From Candidatus Caldarchaeales archaeon (GTDB lineage: Archaea; Thermoproteota; Nitrososphaeria_A; Caldarchaeales; Calditenuaceae): a stretch of DNA of 24,881 bases. Positions 1 through 6,604 of the stretch are shown in pieces (position 1 is the first letter of the stretch; each line of letters begins with the position of its first letter). The position numbers were made by a program, and so were the translations under genes. Where the stretch lies: assembly GCA_032249095.1 (NCBI GenBank), contig JAVVGN010000005.1:1-24881 (forward strand), written 5' to 3'. The notes beneath the pieces are model-generated. The model was not told the DNA's origin, did not search any database, and saw only the letters and a program-made list of their open reading frames with translations.

Positions 1-80
1 ATGCACAACATCATCAAGACAGGAGGAGGGGAGGTAATACCAACTTGACAGTACCGACCTCGAGAAGCTGAAGAAACATA

Positions 81-488
81 TTGAGCACTGTGATAGATGC
101 GTGGCGGCTTTCCTCGGGCTTCGCAGACTCAGAAGGGTACGTTGATAAACGCGGTTACATATGTATCTTCAACACCGACCAGAGACTACTCACATATATC
201 AATGATCTTCTTAGGGGACTTAACATTGAATCTATGGGACCAATACTCAAAGCCCCGCGGGGAACTGTAATCCATGATCCGAGGACGGGGAAGCAATACG
301 TAACTAACATGGATTACTACTATATCTATATTCGAGCCAGCAGCAACGCAAACTCCTACAAATACATCGGATTCACAATAAAGAGAAAACAACAACACAT
401 AGAAGAGTACATCAAGGAGAACCACAAGTACACCTACCCCTCCCCCAACCATTTCCCCCACACTCAACATACTCAAAATAATAACTAA
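81..488 (+). CDS. LAGLIDADG-family homing-endonuclease-like protein, single-motif form (135 aa)
   Basis: ORF with a TTG start at 81 (GTG at 90 is an alternative). Residues 9-21, RLSSGFADSEGYV, fit the LAGLIDADG motif in the G-F-x-D-x-E-G-x-V form seen in archaeal intron and intein endonucleases. It is followed by the usual helix LLTYINDLLRGLNIES and the C-terminal IGFTIKRK element. Codon usage is A-rich and lower in GC than the rest of the window. The same frame is open from the window edge (3-68) to an in-frame TGA at 69-71, so a longer interrupted gene cannot be excluded. Confidence 0.6.
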   Translation: MSTVIDAWRLSSGFADSEGYVDKRGYICIFNTDQRLLTYINDLLRGLNIESMGPILKAPRGTVIHDPRTGKQYVTNMDYYYIYIRASSNANSYKYIGFTIKRKQQHIEEYIKENHKYTYPSPNHFPHTQHTQNNN

Positions 489-491
489 TAT

Positions 492-587
492 TGGGGCCGG
501 TGGGATTTGAACCCACGTCCTCCAGCGCTCTGGACTGTTCCGGATGCTCCCCAGGCTGGCGTCATAGCCATGCTAGACCACGGCCCC
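492..587 (-). tRNA. tRNA-Pro (anticodon GGG) with a 21-nt intron at the canonical 37/38 position
   Basis: The minus strand reads GGGGCCG-TG-GTCTAGCATGGCTATGAC-G-CCAGC-CTGGGG-[21 nt]-C-GCTGG-AGGAC-GTGGG-TTCAAAT-CCCAC-CGGCCCC-A. This gives a 7-bp acceptor stem, a 5-bp anticodon stem, a 5-bp T stem with a TTCAAAT loop, U8, A14 and GG in the D loop. The anticodon is GGG with G37 and discriminator A, and no CCA is encoded. An oligo-T tract (TTATTATTTT, complement of 475-484) lies just downstream. Confidence 0.8.
528..548 (-). other. tRNA intron with a bulge-helix-bulge-like splice motif
   Basis: The intron is AGCATCCGGAACAGTCCAGAG. Intron CCAG pairs with anticodon-loop CTGG to form a 4-bp helix. 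That helix is flanked by two 3-nt bulges (GG|A and AG|C), and the predicted cuts fall after the second bulge nucleotide on each side. The outer intron helix is weak, so this is a relaxed BHB. The boundary is uncertain by about 1 nt. Confidence 0.6.
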
Positions 588-613
588 TTCCTTGGCTATG
601 AGAGGCCCGGCAA

Positions 614-621
614 GTATTAAA
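614..621 (-). promoter_or_regulatory. TATA-box candidate for tRNA-Pro
   Basis: Minus-strand TTTAATAC is centred about 30 nt upstream of tRNA position 1 (coordinate 587). Confidence 0.4.
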
Positions 622-623
622 CG

Positions 624-866
624 GTGTCGCTAGTCTTCGGTCTCACTATAAACGATTATCTATCGGTGTCCTGGAAGTTACGGCTTAGGTTGGGCGGGGC
701 CGACGACGGATGTGGACACGAGGACTTAGAATATCTTGGGTCGCAGAGGACTGAGGGAGGCGAGAATCGGTACTTCAGGTGCAGGAAGTGTGGTGATGTA
801 TTGGTGGTGCTACCCGACGGCTCGAGGGCCTACGTGATAAAGGGGCGAGACTCTAAAGTGTTCTAG
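624..866 (+). CDS. Small hypothetical zinc-ribbon-like protein (80 aa as drawn, about 58 aa if it starts at TTG 690)
   Basis: The ORF has genome-typical GC-rich codons and a C-x-H ... C-x-x-C arrangement (CGHEDLEYLG...YFRCRKCGDV). A TATA-like CTATAAAC at 646-653 argues for a downstream start (TTG 690, or GTG 666) rather than GTG 624. The 3' end overlaps the thrB 3' end by 14 nt in convergent orientation. I recognise no family. Confidence 0.35.
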   Translation: MSLVFGLTINDYLSVSWKLRLRLGGADDGCGHEDLEYLGSQRTEGGENRYFRCRKCGDVLVVLPDGSRAYVIKGRDSKVF

Positions 867-1830
867 TAATGACTGCCCCAGCCTGGGACGGCTCTGTGTA
901 AATCACGCTTTGGACACCACCTATGAAGCGCTCAATCCTCCCAACAATATAGTTCACGGCATCGTTAAGTCTCTCACCGATCCGGGTCTTATCGTAGAGC
1001 AGTAGTCGAGAGGGCCCCGCCCCGCTTATGCACAGTGCCACACCGTACTCTCTCATCAGGTATCTCTTCTCCTCCTCAAGCCTGGGCCAGTCGTATCCAT
1101 GACCGTACATTCCCGCGTTGGCACGGGCAACCTCTACGTAGGGATCTAGGGGTATAAGCCTGAGGGCTAGGTCGAGCCTACCTAATGCTAACGCCGCCGA
1201 GATCATCGAAGATCTGGAGACTGCGTGCGAATATTCACTCAGGCTGGGTCTCCTGTCTAGGACACTTCTCGCTGCCTCAGTCGACTCTTTTTCAAACTCC
1301 GGCACAACAACAACAATGCCCAGCTCGCGTGGGGGCTTGATATGTAGGTAGAAAACCTCGTTGTCAGAAATGTCTACAATGTTGAATCCACCTAGAAGTG
1401 AGGCAACAACGTTGTCTGCGTGACTACCTGGCTCTGCAGACGCGGCGAGAAGTATCTTCTCCCCCACGCTTAGCCCGGAACCTATGAGTGCGTCGGCGGC
1501 CACGACCGCACCTACGGCCTCTGCCCCTGAAGAGCCTAAGCCCTTAGCTATGGGTATGCCCGCGTTTATCCTAACCCTGAAGCTTCCCTCAATCCCCCTA
1601 CTCCTCATAAAAGCCCTAAGCGCCTTTAAAGCCGAGGTCTCCTTGTAGGGGCGGGGAACTTTATCAGCATAAGCCCCCTCCACCTCGACAACGATCTCGC
1701 GGCCTCCTCCAAGATACTCCAGCTCCAGCAAAAGACTCGGGGGCTCGAGCCCTATCGAGATCGCGTCGAAGCCCGGGCCGATGTTGGCGGCGCTCGCAGG
1801 TACTCGGCAGGCGACTAGCCTCCTCCCCAC
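853..1830 (-). CDS. thrB: Homoserine kinase (GHMP kinase family)
   Basis: Motifs are PASAANIGPGFD at the N-terminus, the GHMP motif IPIAKGLGSSGAEAVGAV, and HADNVVASLLGG. I prefer the GTG start at 1830: it leaves about 10 residues before the SAN-GPGFD motif, as in known ThrB proteins, and sits about 27-30 nt downstream of a minus-strand TTTTAAAA element at 1855-1862. The longest ORF would start at TTG 1881. Confidence 0.85.
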   Translation of the reverse strand: MGRRLVACRVPASAANIGPGFDAISIGLEPPSLLLELEYLGGGREIVVEVEGAYADKVPRPYKETSALKALRAFMRSRGIEGSFRVRINAGIPIAKGLGSSGAEAVGAVVAADALIGSGLSVGEKILLAASAEPGSHADNVVASLLGGFNIVDISDNEVFYLHIKPPRELGIVVVVPEFEKESTEAARSVLDRRPSLSEYSHAVSRSSMISAALALGRLDLALRLIPLDPYVEVARANAGMYGHGYDWPRLEEEKRYLMREYGVALCISGAGPSRLLLYDKTRIGERLNDAVNYIVGRIERFIGGVQSVIYTEPSQAGAVITRTL

Positions 1831-1914
1831 GACATAGGGGCCATGAGGGCCCACTTTTAAAACTAGCAACCCTGTAACCAATTTATCTCAACCCATACGA
1901 TAGAGCTATTGGAA

Positions 1915-2343
1915 ATGAGGGGGGTGCGCTTCCTCGAGCACACAAGCGATATTTACGCGGAGGCTTACGGAGCGGATTTGAGGGAGGCTTTTGAGGAGGC
2001 TGGAAAGACGATATTTGTGATACTGGTCCAGGACTCTGAGTCGGTCAGGCCGGTGGAGGTTAAAAAAGTCGAGTCCTCCGGCTACGACGACCATTCTCTC
2101 CTCTACGATTGGCTGGAGAGGCTGCTCCTACTATTCGATATTGAGAGGTTTGTAGGGTGCGAGGTTCGTGTGTTGGAGCTTAGTCGTGGGGAGAGCTATA
2201 GGGTGGTGGGAGAGGTGGTGGGCGAAAAGTTTGACCCTGCGCGCCACAGGCCTGGGATTCACATCAAGTCGCCAACCTACTGGCTGATGGAGGTAGTGGA
2301 GAAGGAGGACGGCGCTTATGTCCGCTTCGTCCTCGACATATAG
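1915..2343 (+). CDS. Archease (RtcB tRNA-ligase and RNA-methyltransferase accessory protein family)
   Basis: The N-terminus FLEHTSDIYAEAYGADLREAFEEA matches the archease F-x-HTAD-x-G-x-L-E-F pattern. The C-terminus IHIKSPTYWLMEV...VRFVLDI is also typical. The ATG at 1915 lies 27-34 nt downstream of ATTTATCT (1881-1888), consistent with a near-leaderless transcript. Confidence 0.9.
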   Translation: MRGVRFLEHTSDIYAEAYGADLREAFEEAGKTIFVILVQDSESVRPVEVKKVESSGYDDHSLLYDWLERLLLLFDIERFVGCEVRVLELSRGESYRVVGEVVGEKFDPARHRPGIHIKSPTYWLMEVVEKEDGAYVRFVLDI

Positions 2344-3193
2344 GGTGCTCGCCCCACCTGCCCGCAAGCCGCCGCTCCATGTCCTCATTCCGAGCACCTA
2401 TGCAGAGGACGCTGCCCACCTCCGCGAAAAAACCCTCAGAATAGGATTCCTCTTCAGAGCGATGGCGATTTTCAGGGTTGACAAGATGATAATTTATCAC
2501 GAAGACCCATCGAGACCGAGCAAGAATGCCGGCCTGATCAAACTCATATGCGACTATATGTCTACGGCGCCGTACCTCAGGAGGCGCCTCTTCAAGCTTA
2601 GACCTGAGCTCAAATATGTAGGTCTGCTCCCACCACTCAACATACCGACGCATCCCGAGTCACCTGAACCGCCCGAGGGTCTTTGGGAGCTAAGAGAAGC
2701 GCTCGTTGAGAGACGGGGAAAATTAGCGCTCATACACGCAGGGCTTAAGAAGGCGATAACACTGGACGCGCCACTAAGAAATGGCGCGAAGATAATAGTA
2801 CTGACCCGAAGGCATGGGAAGAAAGTAAGGGTTAGGGTCAGGTCGAGGAAGAGGCTCCCCTACTACCTCGGGACTACGGTCTCGCTACATGACGGGCCCC
2901 TCATCGAGATATTGAGCAAGTATCGCTATGCGGTAGCTACGGACAAGAATGGCGTGCCCCTCACCGATGTCGCGGATAGACTTAGACTGGAGATTAGGGG
3001 GGCGGAGGGCCCCGTTTGCGTAGCCTTCGGCTCATACGAGCGTGGACTCGATGAGATAGCCGCCCTCCAAGGCGCGAGTCTTGACAAACTCTTCAATGTA
3101 TGTGTAAACTTCATTCCTCACCAAGGTGTCAGGAGCGTCAGGACAGAGGAGGCTGTGTATGCTGTACTCTCATTTCTCAACAACCTAATTTAG
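2318..3193 (+). CDS. SPOUT-superfamily putative RNA methyltransferase (Methyltrn_RNA_3 / former DUF171, MTH1-like)
   Basis: Motifs are LHVLIPSTYAED, TLRIGFLFRAMAIFRVDKMIIY, YMSTAPYLRRRLFKLRPELKYVGLLPPLNIPTHP and the C-terminal NFIPHQGVRSVRTEEAVYAVLSFL. These match the pattern I recall for the M. thermautotrophicus MTH1 family. A strong SD (GGAGG, 2304-2308) lies 9 nt before the ATG at 2318. That start overlaps the archease 3' end by 26 nt. GTG 2345 is an alternative. Confidence 0.8.
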   Translation: MSASSSTYRVLAPPARKPPLHVLIPSTYAEDAAHLREKTLRIGFLFRAMAIFRVDKMIIYHEDPSRPSKNAGLIKLICDYMSTAPYLRRRLFKLRPELKYVGLLPPLNIPTHPESPEPPEGLWELREALVERRGKLALIHAGLKKAITLDAPLRNGAKIIVLTRRHGKKVRVRVRSRKRLPYYLGTTVSLHDGPLIEILSKYRYAVATDKNGVPLTDVADRLRLEIRGAEGPVCVAFGSYERGLDEIAALQGASLDKLFNVCVNFIPHQGVRSVRTEEAVYAVLSFLNNLI

Positions 3194-3268
3194 ACTGATT
3201 CAAGAACGATATAGAGAGATGTCGTGTAGAAACATTATTATACTGCGCTTAAAGGATGAGGCGAGAAT

Positions 3269-4678
3269 ATGTCAGAGGACCCGGCGCGAAAGTTCAGCAT
3301 TTTGTTGGGGCTCACGATCGGTCTCTTCGCTTCCTCCCTAGAGGGGACCATCGTCCCCATAGCTATGCCGAAGGCCGTGCTGGAGCTTGGCAGACCGGAG
3401 CTCTACAGCTGGCCCATCACCGTTTTCATACTCGCATCAACAGTTTCTATACCGGTCTGGGGCCGTCTCTCAGACGTTAAGGGAAGGCGGACGATATATG
3501 GTGTCGGACTGCTCATCTTTGGGGCAAGCTCTATACTCTGCGGAATCTCCTGGAGTCTCGAGGCTCTTATCTTATTTAGGCTGGCTCAAGGGATAGGCTC
3601 AGGCGCATTATTCGCCCTGACCTTTACGATCATCGGCGACCTCTTCAGACTTGAGGAAAGGGGTAAAGTGACAGGCTACACCTCCACGGTCTGGGCTGTA
3701 GGGAGTTTGGTGGGCCCTCCCCTGGGCGGCGTGATAGTGGATTATCTGGGCTGGCGCTGGGTATACCTCATAAATGCGCCGCCAGTAGCCGCGGCCGCGC
3801 TCCTGACGATGCCGCGCCTCCGCGCCCTCGCAAGGCCAGCAATGGGCCGAGAGCTTGACCTCGCCGGACTCGCCCTCTTCACAGCTATCGCAACCATAGG
3901 CGTATTGCTCGTTAACTATTCAACTATAGGCTTTCCCACTTCTCTTCTGTTTGTAGTGTCCCTAGCGGCAGCCATCCCTACTTTCGTGATCGTTGAGAGA
4001 CGAGTGAAGACGCCTTTCGTGCCCTTTGAAATCCTGTCCGACAGGGTCAATCTGTCCGCGCTCATATTAAACGGAGCGGCGGGATTTGCCTTCTTCGGCG
4101 CAATCACGGTTGTCCCGCCCCTCATGCAATGGTTCTATGGCCTGAAACCTGTTGAGACCGGACTCTTGCTTGCTCCGACGACGCTAAGCTGGGTCTTGGC
4201 TGCAAATGTATCGTCCCGTCTCGTGGTCAAGGTAAATCCAAGGCCCATAATAGTTTCAGGAGGGGCCTTGTTCATCTGCGCCACAACGCTCGCGATAATC
4301 ATTACCAATCTGGCCACCTCAAACGTCTATCTGCTGGCCATAGTGATGGCGTTTGTCGGCGCCTCAATGGGACTCGTAGTCCCAACGACGCTGATAGGAT
4401 TACAGACGCTCGCCAAGCCAGGCGAGCTTGGCTTCATAACCTCGATCTTGACTTTTGTGAGGAGTTTGGCGGGCGCGATTGGCACGCAGGTAATGTGGGC
4501 GCCTTACACCCCCATCTTCGCACTCCGGCAGGGCCTTGTCGCGGCCTCCGACGTTTTTTACGCGACACTCGCCTCTTTTGGAACAGCCGCCCTTATTTTA
4601 GCATTTGCGCTTCCCATCAGCCTGCGCGTAAAGTGGCCCGACCTAAAAATGTTTGAGAGCAATAGAACTAGGCTTTAG
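3269..4678 (+). CDS. MFS transporter, drug:H+ antiporter (DHA2/EmrB-like, many-TM) type
   Basis: MFS motif A is present as GRLSDVKGRRTIY, along with LFRLAQGIGSGALFA and IGDLFRLEERGK. Hydrophobic helices run throughout the 469 aa. The TATA-like CATTATTATAC at 3233-3243 lies about 30 nt upstream of the ATG. Confidence 0.85.
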   Translation: MSEDPARKFSILLGLTIGLFASSLEGTIVPIAMPKAVLELGRPELYSWPITVFILASTVSIPVWGRLSDVKGRRTIYGVGLLIFGASSILCGISWSLEALILFRLAQGIGSGALFALTFTIIGDLFRLEERGKVTGYTSTVWAVGSLVGPPLGGVIVDYLGWRWVYLINAPPVAAAALLTMPRLRALARPAMGRELDLAGLALFTAIATIGVLLVNYSTIGFPTSLLFVVSLAAAIPTFVIVERRVKTPFVPFEILSDRVNLSALILNGAAGFAFFGAITVVPPLMQWFYGLKPVETGLLLAPTTLSWVLAANVSSRLVVKVNPRPIIVSGGALFICATTLAIIITNLATSNVYLLAIVMAFVGASMGLVVPTTLIGLQTLAKPGELGFITSILTFVRSLAGAIGTQVMWAPYTPIFALRQGLVAASDVFYATLASFGTAALILAFALPISLRVKWPDLKMFESNRTRL

Positions 4679-4692
4679 AGAAACGCCGAGCG

Positions 4693-6015
4693 CTACAAAA
4701 GTGCTCCCACAAAATACCCCGCTGCGAGGAGGATGCATGTGATAACTGAGTTCTTAACATTCAACGACATAGATGGGATCATAGCATACTGATTGCCGAA
4801 ATTACGATCAACCTCTTTGAACACCCTCAACGATAGCGGGATGGTAATGAGAGCTATGAGAACTGTTGGTGGGCCCAGGTTAAGTATCGGTATAAGAGCT
4901 ATAAACACGTAGACGAGTAGGAAGATGGCTGCTAGGAGCACAATCACGCTGCGTTTAGAAAGCCTGGTAACTAGGGTACGCTTGCCTGCTTCTTTGTCGA
5001 AAAGCGCGTCCGGAATCTCATTGACGTATAGGATCAGCATTATCAGGAGGCCGACAGGAATAGAGGCCATTAAGGCCGCGGAGTCGAAACTGCCTGCCTG
5101 AACAAAGTAGGTGCCTAGCACGATGAGTGGGCCGAAGCCGGCGAAGACCGCAAACTCTCCAAGGCCCCTGTATGCCAGCTTGAATGGCGGCGCTGTGTAG
5201 AAGTAGGCGAGGAAGATGCCGCAGACTGTTAGTATGGCGATCTCCACTGGCCCTCTTAGTAGTGCCAAGTAAGCGCCTACTCCGACTCCAGCCGCGAAGA
5301 GGGACGAGAACAATATCCTCGCCTCTGTGGTGCTCACGAGTCCGTAGATAAGTGCCCTCGAGCCTCCGCTGAATGGAGTTGGCCTCCTATTCACCACGTC
5401 AGCGCCCAACAACGTGTCGTAATAGTCATTTGCTAGGTTAAGGGCCATGTGTATAAGGGCGAGGCCGGCGAAGGTCAACAGGAGAAGAACAGGGTGAAAG
5501 TACCCCCGATAGTAGGCGGCCCCGCCTCCGACGAAGACCGGTCCGAGGGTGGCTAGGAGGAAGGGGAGCCTAACTGTCCGGAAAAAGCTCCAAAACAGTC
5601 CGAGCCGTGGCTTAAAGGTCTCGCCGAGCCTCTTACCCAAGCTCTCCAAATATGCACGGGCCCTGTTGATTGATATCTCGACGTACTCGGGGAAGGGGGT
5701 CCTATGTTCATCCCAGCTATACTCCCTGAAGGTTTCTAGTAGTAACTCTCCACCTTCGGCGAGGCTGACTCGTCCCCTAAAGACGATATAGCGCCTATCC
5801 GTGTAGCCCCCAGATGGGAGAGGCGTGATGTGGTTTGCGACGAGGTTAGCTATCTTGCCTTCAAGCCTCTCAGGGTCAAATCCACGAGGCACCTTGAGCC
5901 TGATCTGCCCGTCGATTAGGGCCACTGTAACCGGTATGGAGGCAGGATATCCGTCCTCGTCTAAAAAGGATAGGGCGAATTGCTCAAACCTTTCCAAAAG
6001 CTGTGGATCAAGCAT
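4693..6015 (-). CDS. Fusion protein: N-terminal PNPOx-like (FMN-binding split-barrel-like) domain plus a C-terminal UbiA-family, MenA-like membrane prenyltransferase
   Basis: The C-terminal roughly 290 aa are polytopic and carry both Asp-rich UbiA motifs: NLANDYYDTLLGAD and NEIPDALFDKEAGKRTLV, the latter MenA-like. The N-terminal roughly 145 aa (FLDEDGYPASIPVTVALIDGQIRL ... RYIVFRGRVSLAEGG) resemble a PNPOx/HugZ-type split barrel. The ATG lies 1 nt after the stop of the upstream gene and is preceded by the SD GGAGGGGGG. Confidence 0.7.
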   Translation of the reverse strand: MLDPQLLERFEQFALSFLDEDGYPASIPVTVALIDGQIRLKVPRGFDPERLEGKIANLVANHITPLPSGGYTDRRYIVFRGRVSLAEGGELLLETFREYSWDEHRTPFPEYVEISINRARAYLESLGKRLGETFKPRLGLFWSFFRTVRLPFLLATLGPVFVGGGAAYYRGYFHPVLLLLTFAGLALIHMALNLANDYYDTLLGADVVNRRPTPFSGGSRALIYGLVSTTEARILFSSLFAAGVGVGAYLALLRGPVEIAILTVCGIFLAYFYTAPPFKLAYRGLGEFAVFAGFGPLIVLGTYFVQAGSFDSAALMASIPVGLLIMLILYVNEIPDALFDKEAGKRTLVTRLSKRSVIVLLAAIFLLVYVFIALIPILNLGPPTVLIALITIPLSLRVFKEVDRNFGNQYAMIPSMSLNVKNSVITCILLAAGYFVGALL

Positions 6016-6016
6016 C

Positions 6017-6508
6017 TCAGTAACCCCCCTCCATCCTTATTATTGTTGGCTCGGAGCCGAGGTCGCCGTTTGACCAGACATACACGGTTTTTGGCCTCAC
6101 CTCGATGACTGCCCTCTCCCAGAAGAGGGGGAAAGCATATCTTTGTTTTAGGTAGGCCTCTATGTAGGGCTCCTTACGCCTCCAGAGGCCCAGTAGCCTA
6201 GTCCAAGCCGAGCTAAGATCCTCATCTATCACTCTCGCATCCCCCTTCAGCATGACTGCATGATAGTTATCCGACCTAACATACTCTCTATGGGAGAACA
6301 AGACACTAACCCTGGGATTCCTCTTGATGTGGCGTAGCTTCTTGCTGAAGAGTATGCTCGAGGTGAAGTAGAGAAGCTGAGTCTCGCGGTCGAAGAGAGG
6401 CAGCATAGGGTGAGAGACTGGGACTCCCCTTTCATTCACCACAGTCAAGATGGCGACAAGGGAGCTCTCCAACACTTCCGAGATCTCAGGAGGAAGCTGA
6501 GGAGACAT
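6017..6508 (-). CDS. Pyridoxamine 5'-phosphate oxidase-like (FMN/F420-binding split-barrel) family protein
   Basis: LVAILTVVNERGVPVSHPM...LLYFTSSILFSKKLRHIKRNPRVSVLF...AVMLKGDARVIDED follows the PNPOx-family pattern. The ATG is at 6508, and a TTG one codon upstream at 6511 is also possible. A minus-strand TTTATAT at 6533-6539 is centred about 28 nt upstream of the ATG. Confidence 0.7.
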   Translation of the reverse strand: MSPQLPPEISEVLESSLVAILTVVNERGVPVSHPMLPLFDRETQLLYFTSSILFSKKLRHIKRNPRVSVLFSHREYVRSDNYHAVMLKGDARVIDEDLSSAWTRLLGLWRRKEPYIEAYLKQRYAFPLFWERAVIEVRPKTVYVWSNGDLGSEPTIIRMEGGY

Positions 6509-6523
6509 CAACCACCAGCCCTG

Positions 6524-6559
6524 TCCGGCGTCATATAAACCTCTGCGAGCTACGCCGGA
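6524..6559. promoter_or_regulatory. 8-bp inverted repeat (TCCGGCGT ... ACGCCGGA) bracketing the TATA box of the PNPOx/UbiA operon
   Basis: TCCGGCGT at 6524-6531 and its exact reverse complement ACGCCGGA at 6552-6559 are separated by 20 nt. The spacer contains the minus-strand TATA element at 6533-6539. The repeat lies in the 80-96 bp divergent region shared with etfB. Confidence 0.4.
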
Positions 6560-6604
6560 TACTTATATTAATTTAAATGGCGGGCAGGCATGGAGAGAAA
6601 GGAC

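Noticed and set aside
1-48. MHN at the very start of the window, as the C-terminal His-Asn of an intein.
   Set aside because: The following residue is Ile, not Cys/Ser/Thr. The frame stops at 46-48, and it is a different frame from the LAGLIDADG ORF.
3256-3596. Small ORFs at 3256-3480 and 3387-3596 overlapping the 5' part of the MFS gene in other frames.
   Set aside because: They are out of frame with a gene that has clear MFS motifs and continuous TM helices. The peptides are Arg/Gly/His-rich and lack any motif.
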